Of a DNA stretch of 64,000 bases, positions 10,138 to 19,126 are shown piece after piece. The position numbers and the translations under genes were made by a program. Each line of letters begins with the position of its first letter. Position 1 is the stretch's first letter. The DNA comes from Alphaproteobacteria bacterium UBA6411. GTDB lineage: Bacteria > Pseudomonadota > Alphaproteobacteria > CAAGCB01 > CAG-977. Below the pieces are notes generated by a model. That model was given only the letters and a program-made list of their open reading frames with translations. It was not told the origin of the DNA and did no database searches. The stretch lies in contig DJPN01000021.1 of assembly GCA_002438565.1 (NCBI GenBank), positions 61,684-125,683 of the forward strand, given 5' to 3'.

Positions 10138-10719
10138 ATGACTAAAAAAAGCAATAACAGGTTGGAACAAACCTGTATCAAATCCATCAACGAAATCTGC
10201 GAATGCAGAAAAACATGCCGCCAGGCCGCATTGAAATTTGTGTGCCAGGTTACGGTGCTCGCCGTGAAACGCAAGGCATCGACTCCTGCTTCAATCGATA
10301 AGTTGCTAAAGGAGCTTTTTACTAAAGCAAGAAGAAAACTGTCGTCGGATTTAAAGACGAGATATCGTCAGGCGGTTTTGTATCTTTTTTTAAAAAAGGG
10401 GCTTGGAACCGAGCAAGCGCTGTGGGAACTATGCCACAAGCTGAGCTTGACTTCTTGTCGGAAATTGTCAGACGCTTACACAAGCCAAACGAAAAAAGTT
10501 CCGGCTGCGACATCGGGCAAGTCTGCAAAGGCAAAACATACAAGCTCTGCCAGCAAGTCCTCTGCAAGTTTGAAAAAGGTGCCGCAAACGGCTGAAAAAT
10601 CGATGGCGGACAGCTTTAAACAGGTGAAAAGGCTTATACAACAGGTTTCCAAGACCAAAAAGAAGGGCTCGTTCGTTCTGAAAAAGATGAATCTCAAAAT
10701 CACCGTTACGCCTGTGTAA
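10138..10719 (+). CDS. Hypothetical lysine/serine-rich protein, 193 aa
   Basis: ORF immediately upstream of the Rep/RecQ-like gene; low complexity. Confidence 0.3.
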   Translation: MTKKSNNRLEQTCIKSINEICECRKTCRQAALKFVCQVTVLAVKRKASTPASIDKLLKELFTKARRKLSSDLKTRYRQAVLYLFLKKGLGTEQALWELCHKLSLTSCRKLSDAYTSQTKKVPAATSGKSAKAKHTSSASKSSASLKKVPQTAEKSMADSFKQVKRLIQQVSKTKKKGSFVLKKMNLKITVTPV

Positions 10720-10780
10720 ACAGGACTGCTCCGAAGGGCGGAACTCTCGCCCTTTGGAGCTTATCAAAGAGGAACTTGGG

Positions 10781-12784
10781 ATGAAAAAATATAATACCGA
10801 AACAGAGCTGAACCAGCGTATTGCAATGTTAGATTACGAAATAAATCGGACAGAAGCCGGCAGCAACCGAAAAACCGCATTACTGAAACTAACGAAAAAA
10901 CTCGCAAAAGGAGAAGAAACCTTTGCCAATCCGATATATGCCGAACAGTTTCAACGGGAATGTCTGAATAAAGCCTGGCCTTTGTTCAATCGTGCGTTAA
11001 AAGAAGGCATTCCTGTTTGTTTTTCAACAGTCAACATTTGTCGGGGGCAGGGAAAAAACAAAGCGACGCATTGGCTGTCTTGTGATGATATCGAATCTTT
11101 CAACGTGCGACAGGCAGTCAATACGCTGCGAAAGCAACTTGGGTCTTTGCCAGAATGTTGCGGTTTCATTACTGTGGAAATCAAATGGGACGAGCGTTTT
11201 GAACGTTTCCTGCCGCACGTCCATATTTTGTCTTTTGGCGCGACGGCGACAAGTTTGAGAAAAATGTTCAAAACATTATATCCGACCCAAGAAACAAAAC
11301 GAATATGCCGTTCGTTTTACGATAAAAAGAACGAACGGAACTACATCGATCCGCTAGCTTTACAGTATCCGACACCGATTAAATTGGCACTTGTCGAGGA
11401 TGTCGTTTCGAAAAAAAGGGATTTTCACCGAGTCTCGACTTACATGACCAAATTGAAGAGCTATTGTTCCAAATATTGGATTCGACATTTAAAACCGATT
11501 CAATACAAGCACAAGGCCTGTCGCCCGGCTCCGAAAGTGCATAACACGCATTTGTTATTTTTGGATAGCTTGCCGTCCACAGCCGTTTTTGCGCCATTCA
11601 ATGCGCAATTGATGCAGTCAATGACGACGGCCATCGGTCAGGCTGACGGATTTGACGACAGCCCCTTGACTGAAAAAAACGCTTTGCATTTATTGGGGTG
11701 TTCCTTTTTTCGTTCGGAACAAAAGGCTGTTATCGCCCGTATATTGAAATATAACCGAACTTTTTTTCGGTTGCGAACCGGATTTGGGAAAAGTTTATGT
11801 TTCCAAATGGCGGCTCTTTGCCAAAGCGGCGTGTGTGTCGTAATCGAACCTTTGATCGCCGTAATGAACGATCAAGTCGAGAAACTGAATACGGTTTTAC
11901 CGCATAGTGCCGTAACAATCAACGGCAACACCGGCGATAAAAAGGCGATATATAAGCAGATCAAGCAGGGAAAATACAAGTTTCTATACGTTACGCCCGA
12001 GACGTTTTGTCAGGATGCCTTTCAAGACGTTCTTCGGCAAACAGAAACATGCCAAATCGTTGTCGACGAAGCTCATTGCATTGCTTTTTATGGAGAGAAT
12101 GACTTTCGCCCGAAATACCTGAAAATCGGAGAAACCATTCAAAAGATGAAGTCGTCCGCAAAAGTCGTAGCTCTTACAGGAAGTGCTGACGCAAGAACAA
12201 TAAAAGTGATCCGGAAATCTTTGAAAATTTCTGAAAAAGCCTGCTTTGTCGGGAACATTGATCGTCCGGAAATAACCTATTTGGTAAAAAAGCGAAAAGG
12301 AAACGGACGAAAACAACTGTGTCGCATGGTAGAAAGTTGTGCAGGAACCGTAATTGTTTTTTGCACTTTGCGTGATACGGCAATGGCAGTTTCGGCAATG
12401 CTTCGCAAAAAAGGGATTGCAACAGAGTTGTTTTTGGGAAAAGGAAAAAACAATGCCGACATTATCGCAAAAAGTAAAAGAGAACGGTTGGTAATTGTTG
12501 CAACTTCGGCTTTGTGCATGGGCGTTGATATTCCCCACGTCGAGTTGGTTATTCACTTTGAGCCGCCTTTGTCGTTAGCCGAATACTCTCAAGGTTCTGG
12601 TCGCGGGGCACGAGAACAGGGCTCCTGCGCAAAAGCCGTTATGATGTACACGGAAAACGATTTAACATATATCCGCAAATGTTTTTGCAAGACAAAATCC
12701 GACAACAGATCGTTTGATTCGGTGTGCCGCTATATTGAAAAAACGGGGAATCACAGGCGGATGCTGTCGGACGCTTTAAATTAA
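10781..12784 (+). CDS. RecQ-family SF2 helicase core fused to a ~300-aa N-terminal domain carrying an HUH-like motif (PHVHILSF) and a Y..K/Y motif (STYMTKLKSYCSKY); putative replication/mobilisation protein
   Basis: RecQ motifs TGFGKSLCFQ (motif I), VVDEAHCIAFYGENDFRPKY (DEAH), VATSALCMGVDIPHVELVIHFEPP...YSQGSGRGAR (motifs V-VI); agagga RBS before ATG 10781. Confidence 0.65.
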   Translation: MKKYNTETELNQRIAMLDYEINRTEAGSNRKTALLKLTKKLAKGEETFANPIYAEQFQRECLNKAWPLFNRALKEGIPVCFSTVNICRGQGKNKATHWLSCDDIESFNVRQAVNTLRKQLGSLPECCGFITVEIKWDERFERFLPHVHILSFGATATSLRKMFKTLYPTQETKRICRSFYDKKNERNYIDPLALQYPTPIKLALVEDVVSKKRDFHRVSTYMTKLKSYCSKYWIRHLKPIQYKHKACRPAPKVHNTHLLFLDSLPSTAVFAPFNAQLMQSMTTAIGQADGFDDSPLTEKNALHLLGCSFFRSEQKAVIARILKYNRTFFRLRTGFGKSLCFQMAALCQSGVCVVIEPLIAVMNDQVEKLNTVLPHSAVTINGNTGDKKAIYKQIKQGKYKFLYVTPETFCQDAFQDVLRQTETCQIVVDEAHCIAFYGENDFRPKYLKIGETIQKMKSSAKVVALTGSADARTIKVIRKSLKISEKACFVGNIDRPEITYLVKKRKGNGRKQLCRMVESCAGTVIVFCTLRDTAMAVSAMLRKKGIATELFLGKGKNNADIIAKSKRERLVIVATSALCMGVDIPHVELVIHFEPPLSLAEYSQGSGRGAREQGSCAKAVMMYTENDLTYIRKCFCKTKSDNRSFDSVCRYIEKTGNHRRMLSDALN

Positions 12785-12849
12785 ACGGCCGGAACTAAAC
12801 CGAATTACGGAGAGGCTTTGAAAAAAAAGCCTCCCTTCCCGTTTAAGGA

Positions 12850-13415
12850 TTATTCCCTCTTAATCCCGAAACGTTTTGCAACAGCTTTAAAATCGTCATC
12901 GGTGATGTTTGCACCTTTGCCGTTGACCAATGCGGTGTGTTCGCCGTTAATCCCCTCGGACGGCGTTAAATCATAGGCGGGCGACATTTTCCATTCGCCA
13001 TCTTCATTCATCACAAAAGAAAAATTCTTGCTGTGGTCGTCTTTGTTGCCGATGCGCACGTTAAACATCATCAAGCGGAACATTTTTTCGACTTCGCGAA
13101 CGTCACGGGTCAGAGCCTGCGTCAGCCGCAAAAGCCCTCAGTCCGAAAACTTTGGCAAAATACTCGTGCGTCGGCGGCGGACCGAAGTTCCGCAAGTTCG
13201 GCAGAATGCGCGTCGTCTATAAAATCGCCGACTTGGACGAATGGATTGAGCAGCGACTGTCCAATACTTTTGCGGCGACAAATATCCTTTGTAACGACGC
13301 GTCAAGTGTGCGAAATAAGGAATAGCAAGTTTGCGATGTATTTTTTCCCGGAAAACAATTCCCAAAGTTTTCTTTTGATTGCTCAAAATCAACCTGAAAC
13401 AATTCCTTGTACCCA
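12850..13415 (-). pseudogene. HipA-like kinase remnant; the intact C-terminal 93 aa at 12850-13131 carry NKDDHSKNFSF and SPAYDLTPS motifs
   Basis: HipA_C-type motifs in a 93-aa ORF lacking the N-terminal two-thirds; upstream sequence is broken into short out-of-frame ORFs. Confidence 0.5.
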
Positions 13416-14309
13416 TCAACCGTCGTTTTTATCCCAATCGACAGGAAAGCCCATTTGAAGCGGCTTGACGATATCCGAAAATTCATTGATTGTTTCTTTC
13501 AGGCGTAGCGTCCAGGTCGGCGTCTGAACAATTCTGTTTAACAAGATATCGATGATTAAAGCAAAACAGTAAAACCGTTCCGCTGTGTCCAGTTCCGGAA
13601 AAGCGTTCGCCTTTTTGATTTTGAACGGATATTTTCTGTTCCAGATACGGGAATGATGCGCGCATGAATTACGCAAAACGGACAAGGCGTGAAACCACGA
13701 TTGCAAAATGGATTCCTCTATGCCGAATTTTTCTGCCACAGCTTTTCTGTAAGGACGTTTCAGATTTTCGTAAATTCGGGAAACGCATCCGAACGGCAGT
13801 ATTTCAAAAACAATCCACGCCGGAGGGATTTCGGGGGTGGAATACGTTTGATAATAATGCTCCAGGCTCGGAGCGGTTTTCTGCTGTTCAATCTGTTTTC
13901 GGATTTCTTCAAGCATGGACGCTTGCGTGTTGCGTTTATTCTTATCGTGAAAACAATCCGGATTTTCCAGCCAGAACGCACCGCATTTTTCAGACAGACA
14001 ATTTACGATCACGGTTCTGAACGCGACTTCAATCCGCTCCAAAGCGTCCATAGATAAAAGACGCAACCGGCGATCAAACGAATAAAGCCGCAAAATCTTT
14101 TCAAACGAAACGGGCGTTTTGAAAGAGTGGCGTTCTTCTTGGAACGGAAACATATAAACGGATAAGCGGTAATACGATATGAAATCCAAGTAATGTTCCG
14201 CCCGTTCCGGATTGTCAATAATCATTCCCCGTTCGGACAGCAGACGGATTATTTCTTTGTTGGATAAAGGCGTTTTGTCAAACGGAATGCCGAACGGATT
14301 GTTTTTCAT
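13416..14309 (-). CDS. Abi_2 family (AbiD/AbiF-like) abortive infection protein
   Basis: N-terminal signature ...LSERGMIIDNPERAEHYLDFISYYRLSVY... typical of Abi_2. Confidence 0.65.
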   Translation of the reverse strand: MKNNPFGIPFDKTPLSNKEIIRLLSERGMIIDNPERAEHYLDFISYYRLSVYMFPFQEERHSFKTPVSFEKILRLYSFDRRLRLLSMDALERIEVAFRTVIVNCLSEKCGAFWLENPDCFHDKNKRNTQASMLEEIRKQIEQQKTAPSLEHYYQTYSTPEIPPAWIVFEILPFGCVSRIYENLKRPYRKAVAEKFGIEESILQSWFHALSVLRNSCAHHSRIWNRKYPFKIKKANAFPELDTAERFYCFALIIDILLNRIVQTPTWTLRLKETINEFSDIVKPLQMGFPVDWDKNDG

Positions 14310-14601
14310 AGATTTTTTCCAAAAAAAGACTCGGGGTGGTGCGCATTGTTAAGAGGCGTCCCGAGTGTTGTTACAGATTATATAACCGATTCCGATGAAA
14401 AAATCAACTGCTTTTTTAGGGAAAAATTAGTAGGTTCTTTATGCTACATAATTTACTCCCTTTTAGTTTTTTTTAAAATAAGTCATGAAAGCTTCAATGT
14501 TTTGTTTTGTAGAAAAAAGAAAAAATAAATCAAATTTTGTTGTGTTTGATTCTATTTAATAAAATTTATATGGAAATCGTTTTCAGAATAATTATCTTTT
14601 T

Positions 14602-15366
14602 CTAAACACTTAAAAAGTCTTTGTATTGTTTTTCTAGGTAATCCCGATTTGGAATAAACCGATTTGGCAATCTGATTTTTGAATTGTTCCGTTCAAGGAA
14701 AAGACGTGAAAATTCAGGATCATTTGTTTTTTCTTTCTCAAATTTTTTAGAAACAACAAATTTGAAATCCGGAGAAATTGAGAAAATACCAGCATCATAC
14801 GCTTTATGATAGAGGGTGCTCATACATAAGCCGTTATGCGGATTTGTTCTTAAATCAACTTCATTAGCCCACCCTAAAATATGTGCCGCTTCTAGTAATG
14901 ACGTAACGGATAAATTTGAAATACAGCATTTGTTTTCATAAGAAGAAAGAACCATTTGTCTGAAAAAAGACTGATTTACGCGTCGCTTGGTTATTGTTTC
15001 GCGGTCTTCTCCTTTTGGGAAATCAATTCTTTCTATATCTTCAATATGGTTTCGTTCTTTGTATAAAGTCAGAAGCTTTTCTGATTTAAAAGCTAATTCA
15101 TCCCAATTTTTTGAAAATTCTTCCCAAATTTGTTGATCTAATACACTTGTGTTAGTTAATCCTGTTACACCTCTTGCTTTTAGTTCTGGATCAAACGCTC
15201 CAAAATTTCCAAGTTTCATAGCTACGGCTGATGGTGTTCTTCCAATCAATTTTGCTACTTCAATAACTTTAGGATTTGTTTTTACACATTGGCTAAAAGG
15301 AATTTTGCAATAGAGATTGAAGGCTAATATTTCTTCGTCTCTTGTCCATTTTTTTCTTTCATTCAT
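14602..15366 (-). CDS. HNH endonuclease family protein (HNH_2-like), 254 aa; AT-rich gene
   Basis: C-terminal ...LEAAHILGWANEVDLRTNPHNGLCMSTLYHKAYDAGIF... HNH motif; markedly lower GC than its neighbours, with an AT-rich flanking spacer. Confidence 0.55.
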   Translation of the reverse strand: MNERKKWTRDEEILAFNLYCKIPFSQCVKTNPKVIEVAKLIGRTPSAVAMKLGNFGAFDPELKARGVTGLTNTSVLDQQIWEEFSKNWDELAFKSEKLLTLYKERNHIEDIERIDFPKGEDRETITKRRVNQSFFRQMVLSSYENKCCISNLSVTSLLEAAHILGWANEVDLRTNPHNGLCMSTLYHKAYDAGIFSISPDFKFVVSKKFEKEKTNDPEFSRLFLERNNSKIRLPNRFIPNRDYLEKQYKDFLSV

Positions 15367-15616
15367 CTGGCGGCACCCTTTTAGAGAAACATCTCTAAAA
15401 CTCTATCAATGTTTTACAATTTTGCAAGTTTGATGTCGCCTAAGAATTTAAAATATTCTGCGGCTTTGAGAGACCGCGAACGGATATTCATTCTGTTTGC
15501 GATCCCGTTTATATGTTCCTGTTCGGTTGCTGTAATACACCGCTACCAAGTTATGAATCTCCGTTCGGAGATTGGCAAACCCATTGCAAATCCCGCCATG
15601 TTTTTTCTTCGAGAGA

Positions 15617-15856
15617 TTACTTTTTCATCAGCGTTGTGTTCAATATGCGGACGGTTTGATAGGTGTTGATACCGACCTTTCGGACTTGTTCTTCAAGTTT
15701 TGTCAGCAAGAGGATTTCGTCATAATGCGGAATTTTTATCTGATCCTCCCTGCAAAAATGGACAACCGGATCAGGCGGGACAAGGCATTGTTTTTCGGCG
15801 ATAAGAGTGTCCCAGATTTCTTGTTCTATTCTGAACGACTTGACAATACGCGCCAT
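15617..15856 (-). CDS. Possible ribbon-helix-helix (CopG/antitoxin-like) small protein
   Basis: N-terminus MARIVKSFRIEQEIWDTL resembles RHH beta-strand/helix patterns; it conflicts with an overlapping plus-strand ORF, so the call is weak. Confidence 0.25.
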   Translation of the reverse strand: MARIVKSFRIEQEIWDTLIAEKQCLVPPDPVVHFCREDQIKIPHYDEILLLTKLEEQVRKVGINTYQTVRILNTTLMKK

Positions 15857-16080
15857 AAATGCCTCGCAGAGTTAAGCGTTCAAATGTGTGTGACAAAAGT
15901 ATTATAGCCGAACGAAAATTTGAACACAACGCCCGCTTTTCGTCATACGAAAAGGCTATCCTGCCCAAAGACCACCCTCAATAAAATCAATCACTTGCGG
16001 CGGGGCGGAAAAGGCGTTTTTTTCGTTTTGTCGGACAAACGGGGTATCCCGCACCGACAAAACACCCCGTTTGCTTCTTG

Positions 16081-16401
16081 TCATATTTCCATCAATTCCG
16101 CGATTTTTTCACTGACAATGTTTGCGGCTTGAATGACAGGTTTCAGCGACAAATGCGTGTAGCGGTGCGTGATCGAATTGATGCTGTGTCCCAACATTCC
16201 CGCAATAATGTTATCCGAATATCCCATTTCCGCCGCCATCGTCGCGAAACTGTGCCGCAACGCGTGAGGGCAAAATTCCGCTTGTCCGACCGCCGCTTTG
16301 ATATGCTTTTCAAAGAACGCGACCAACGCCATCTTTTGCGGTTTGCCGAAGACGTATTCGTCCGCCGCCGGCGGCTGTTTTTCCTCTTTCAGCTTTTCCA
16401 T
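16081..16401 (-). pseudogene. C-terminal fragment of a second tyrosine recombinase (HALRHSFATMAAEMG ... GHSINSITHRYTH)
   Basis: Catalytic HxxR and H...Y motifs present, but the ORF is only 106 aa. Confidence 0.5.
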
Positions 16402-16622
16402 AAACCGCTTTGCCCCGGAGCCGAAAGGTCTGTCTTGCGCTCCGGTTTCTGATCGGAGACAAACAAGTTTTCAAAATCGCCAAGCCGTCCCAACGCGTTC
16501 GCCAAACGCAATAACGAATCAAAAGCGATCAGTCCTGTTCTTTCAAACCAGCGCAAAGACGCAAGCGTAACATCGGAACGGTCGCAAAGTCCTTGCTGAG
16601 ACAGGTTTTGCTCCAACCGCAA
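16389..16622 (-). CDS. XRE-type helix-turn-helix protein (possibly N-terminally truncated)
   Basis: LEQNLSQQGLCDRSDVTLASLRWFERTG resembles the XRE HTH; the start context is unclear. Confidence 0.35.
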   Translation of the reverse strand: MRLEQNLSQQGLCDRSDVTLASLRWFERTGLIAFDSLLRLANALGRLGDFENLFVSDQKPERKTDLSAPGQSGLWKS

Positions 16623-16844
16623 CGCCGAACGCCGGTCACAATCTTGACCAGATCATTTTGCCCCGCCCATTTCGATAAATCCTGAAGGTATTTAGGTCTG
16701 TCAATAAGCTGTATCGAAGCGTTTCCCATTGAAGAATCCTCCATTTATATAAGCACTTGACACTTTGTACTTTTTGTAAAATCAATGGTTTCGTAAAACG
16801 CAGTTTACAAAATATGATTTTTATCGTTTTTGAAAAGCGGTCCT

Positions 16845-18584
16845 TTATTCCCGATACAAGTGGCTTAAATCCAACCCGTCGTATTTCAGCTTGCAATTCA
16901 CCGTTTCGCGCAGGACTTTAAGGCTGACTTCTCCATAATGTTCGGAAAGGCTTGAGCCGCGCTCCCATCCTTGAATACGCGTTACAAACTCCGGATTGGC
17001 TTCATTATTCCGAAACTCGGTACGCACCGTATGACGGAAACTGTGGAAGACGTGACCTTCTTCAAACTTATCCGCTTTGGCTTTGATCCCTTTGTTCAAG
17101 CTGTCTAAAAAACGACCGAACCATTTGGAAATATCATCGGAATAATGTCCTCGTGCATTGACGCGCAGTTCGGGAAACAGCCTCTTTTCTTTGCGCATTT
17201 CTTTCACATAGTTCAAAAAACCGATCTTTATCAATTCATTGTGTAGGGGAACAAGGCGAATCCCCGCCTTTGTTTTGACATGCTTTTCTCCTTCATCGTT
17301 AATGCTGATGACCCAAACATCGTCAATTTGTCGGACATCGTTCGGGCTCAGTTGGCATAATTCGTTACATCTCGCGCCTGTGAAAATCCCCAACAACGGA
17401 ATCCAAAAACGCGCATGTCTCGGATGTGCGTTGCCTTTGATTGCATATCCACGTTTGTCGTCCCGACACCCTGTGTAAATTGGAGCGTTGAAGATATAAC
17501 TCAGTTGCCTTGCCGAAAAAGACAAACGTTTTATTTCGTCTTTTTCATTGGTTGCACACGGAACATCAACCGTATCATACGGATTCTCGATCAGATATTT
17601 ATACTTAACCGCCCAATCGAAAAAGCGTTTGATGACAACGAAGTAATCACCCAATGTTTTTGATCCGATGCATTCCGTCGGGTGTTTCTTTCCCCGTTCT
17701 ATATCTTTCAATACGTTGTATGTATCAGGTTTGCTGCGCGCGCTGTTTTTCGTGATGAACGGTAACAGTTCGACGGCATGTTGCAAGTCTTCCGTCGTTA
17801 CGGAACGCACCGTTTTATCTTTGCCCAAGATCTCTTGTAAAATATGGATTTTCTTGCTGACACGGTTTTTGGAATCGGCGGATTTGTTCTTGCGGGAATT
17901 CTGGTTGTTGTACACCTCCGCCAATGCGTCCAATGTCATATCGGGTTTTAACGGCGTTCTTAACAACATCGGAGAAGAAACGATATTCTCCCCGGTCAGT
18001 CCCGAAGGGACGCCCACAGTCAGACGTTGAGGAGGAATATCTGCTAATCCGATAGCGCAATGATGCATAAAATCGCAAAACTGCATTTCAGCGCGCATAA
18101 ATGCTTCTTCTAAGACTCGTTTGGAAGATTCTGTGGGAAACGGATAATTATTCCGCAGTAAAAAGGACTGACACTTCCGTTCAATAATCACGTAATCCGC
18201 CACGGCATATTTTGAACGCAACTGCGCAAACCGTTCCATATACGGTTCCGGTAACAACGGTTTTCCTGCGCAATTTTCCCGTTCTTCCGCAATTCGGGTC
18301 AGCAAATATTCGTATGCGAACGTTTCCGCTTGACTGCGGTCATAATCCAGCGTGTGTTCGTCCTTGTCGTATCCCATTTTTTTTGCCGTTTTTCCTCTGA
18401 AGTCCAACCGTTCGTACAAGTCCGACATTACCATGATATAGCGTCTTTGCGCAATTTGCTTATTCTTGGTTCTGAGGGACACCCACAGTTGTCTTTTGCC
18501 GACCAGACTACGGAAAGCAGTCGGTACATTCAATACCGCATAATACGATGTCCCACGATTATAAAGGCTCATCGTTACCTGCAA
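16845..18584 (-). CDS. int: Tyrosine integrase (phage/island integrase) adjacent to the tRNA-Gln 3' end
   Basis: N-terminal arm-type DNA-binding-like region; C-terminal HSFRHTVRT ... SEHYGE catalytic motifs; located ~100 bp from the tRNA 3' end, the classic island arrangement. Confidence 0.7.
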   Translation of the reverse strand: MQVTMSLYNRGTSYYAVLNVPTAFRSLVGKRQLWVSLRTKNKQIAQRRYIMVMSDLYERLDFRGKTAKKMGYDKDEHTLDYDRSQAETFAYEYLLTRIAEERENCAGKPLLPEPYMERFAQLRSKYAVADYVIIERKCQSFLLRNNYPFPTESSKRVLEEAFMRAEMQFCDFMHHCAIGLADIPPQRLTVGVPSGLTGENIVSSPMLLRTPLKPDMTLDALAEVYNNQNSRKNKSADSKNRVSKKIHILQEILGKDKTVRSVTTEDLQHAVELLPFITKNSARSKPDTYNVLKDIERGKKHPTECIGSKTLGDYFVVIKRFFDWAVKYKYLIENPYDTVDVPCATNEKDEIKRLSFSARQLSYIFNAPIYTGCRDDKRGYAIKGNAHPRHARFWIPLLGIFTGARCNELCQLSPNDVRQIDDVWVISINDEGEKHVKTKAGIRLVPLHNELIKIGFLNYVKEMRKEKRLFPELRVNARGHYSDDISKWFGRFLDSLNKGIKAKADKFEEGHVFHSFRHTVRTEFRNNEANPEFVTRIQGWERGSSLSEHYGEVSLKVLRETVNCKLKYDGLDLSHLYRE

Positions 18585-18647
18585 AATTCAAAGAGTGTTT
18601 ATTAGCAGGTCTATTAACAGTGCTAATAGATTCCACAGTACAAAAAA

Positions 18648-18682
18648 GCCAAGTTCGTTTTTTTTCAACGACTTGGCCTTTG
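18648..18682 (-). terminator. Rho-independent terminator downstream of tRNA-Gln
   Basis: Imperfect hairpin gccaagttcg/cgacttggc followed by a T-run on the minus strand. Confidence 0.45.
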
Positions 18683-18685
18683 AAG

Positions 18686-18760
18686 TGGCTGGGGCGGCTG
18701 GACTCGAACCAGCGAATGACGGAGTCAAAGTCCGTTGCCTTACCGCTTGGCTACGCCCCA
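18686..18760 (-). tRNA. tRNA-Gln (anticodon UUG)
   Basis: Manual fold: 5' TGGGGCG acceptor, GTAGCCAAGCGGTAAGGC D-arm, anticodon loop CTTTGAC, TTCGAGTCC T-arm, 3' CGCCCCA-G-CCA; 75 nt. Confidence 0.85.
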
Positions 18761-18875
18761 ACAAAGTTATTTTTCTGTATCCTATTTTCCCAATGCCGTC
18801 AAGCATTTTTATGCTTTTGGAAAAATTTTGATTGTTTTTTCCGCCAAATCGGCTATTGTGTCTGTTATTCAAAAC

Positions 18876-18952
18876 GCGCTCGTAGCTCAGCTGGATAGAG
18901 TATCGGCCTCCGAAGCCGAGGGTCGTGGGTTCGAATCCCGCCGAGCGCGCCA
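18876..18952 (+). tRNA. tRNA-Arg (anticodon CCG)
   Basis: Manual fold: GCGCTCG acceptor, GTAGCTCAGCTGGATAGAGT D-arm, anticodon loop CTCCGAA, GTGGGTTCGAATCCCGC T-arm, CGAGCGC-G-CCA; 77 nt. Confidence 0.85.
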
Positions 18953-18956
18953 ACTT

Positions 18957-18985
18957 AAAAAAAATCCCCAAAAGGGGATTTTTTT
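18957..18985 (+). terminator. Rho-independent terminator after tRNA-Arg(CCG)
   Basis: aaaaaaaatcccc-aaaa-ggggattttttt perfect hairpin with a T-run. Confidence 0.6.
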
Positions 18986-19000
18986 GTTGGGGCAAAACGG

Positions 19001-19113
19001 CGCGGAGAAGAACCCGCGGCCGTGGGTTCGGTGAGCGTCAGCGAACGACGCCGTCAGGCGGTCCCGTCAGGGACGAAGCGCATAGCGATGAGCAATCCCG
19101 CCGAGCGCGCCGA
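19001..19113 (+). repeat. tRNA-Arg-associated structured element, copy 1 (homologous to 24411-24517); ends with a copy of the cognate tRNA 3' end
   Basis: Contains ccgtgggttcgg (T-arm-like) ... conserved core gcgaacgacgccgtcaggcgg-hairpin-gacgaagcgcatagcga-gagc ... aatcccgccgagcgcgcc (18/18 identical to the tRNA-Arg(CCG) 3' end). Confidence 0.6.
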
Positions 19114-19126
19114 CTTTTCTCGTTTT

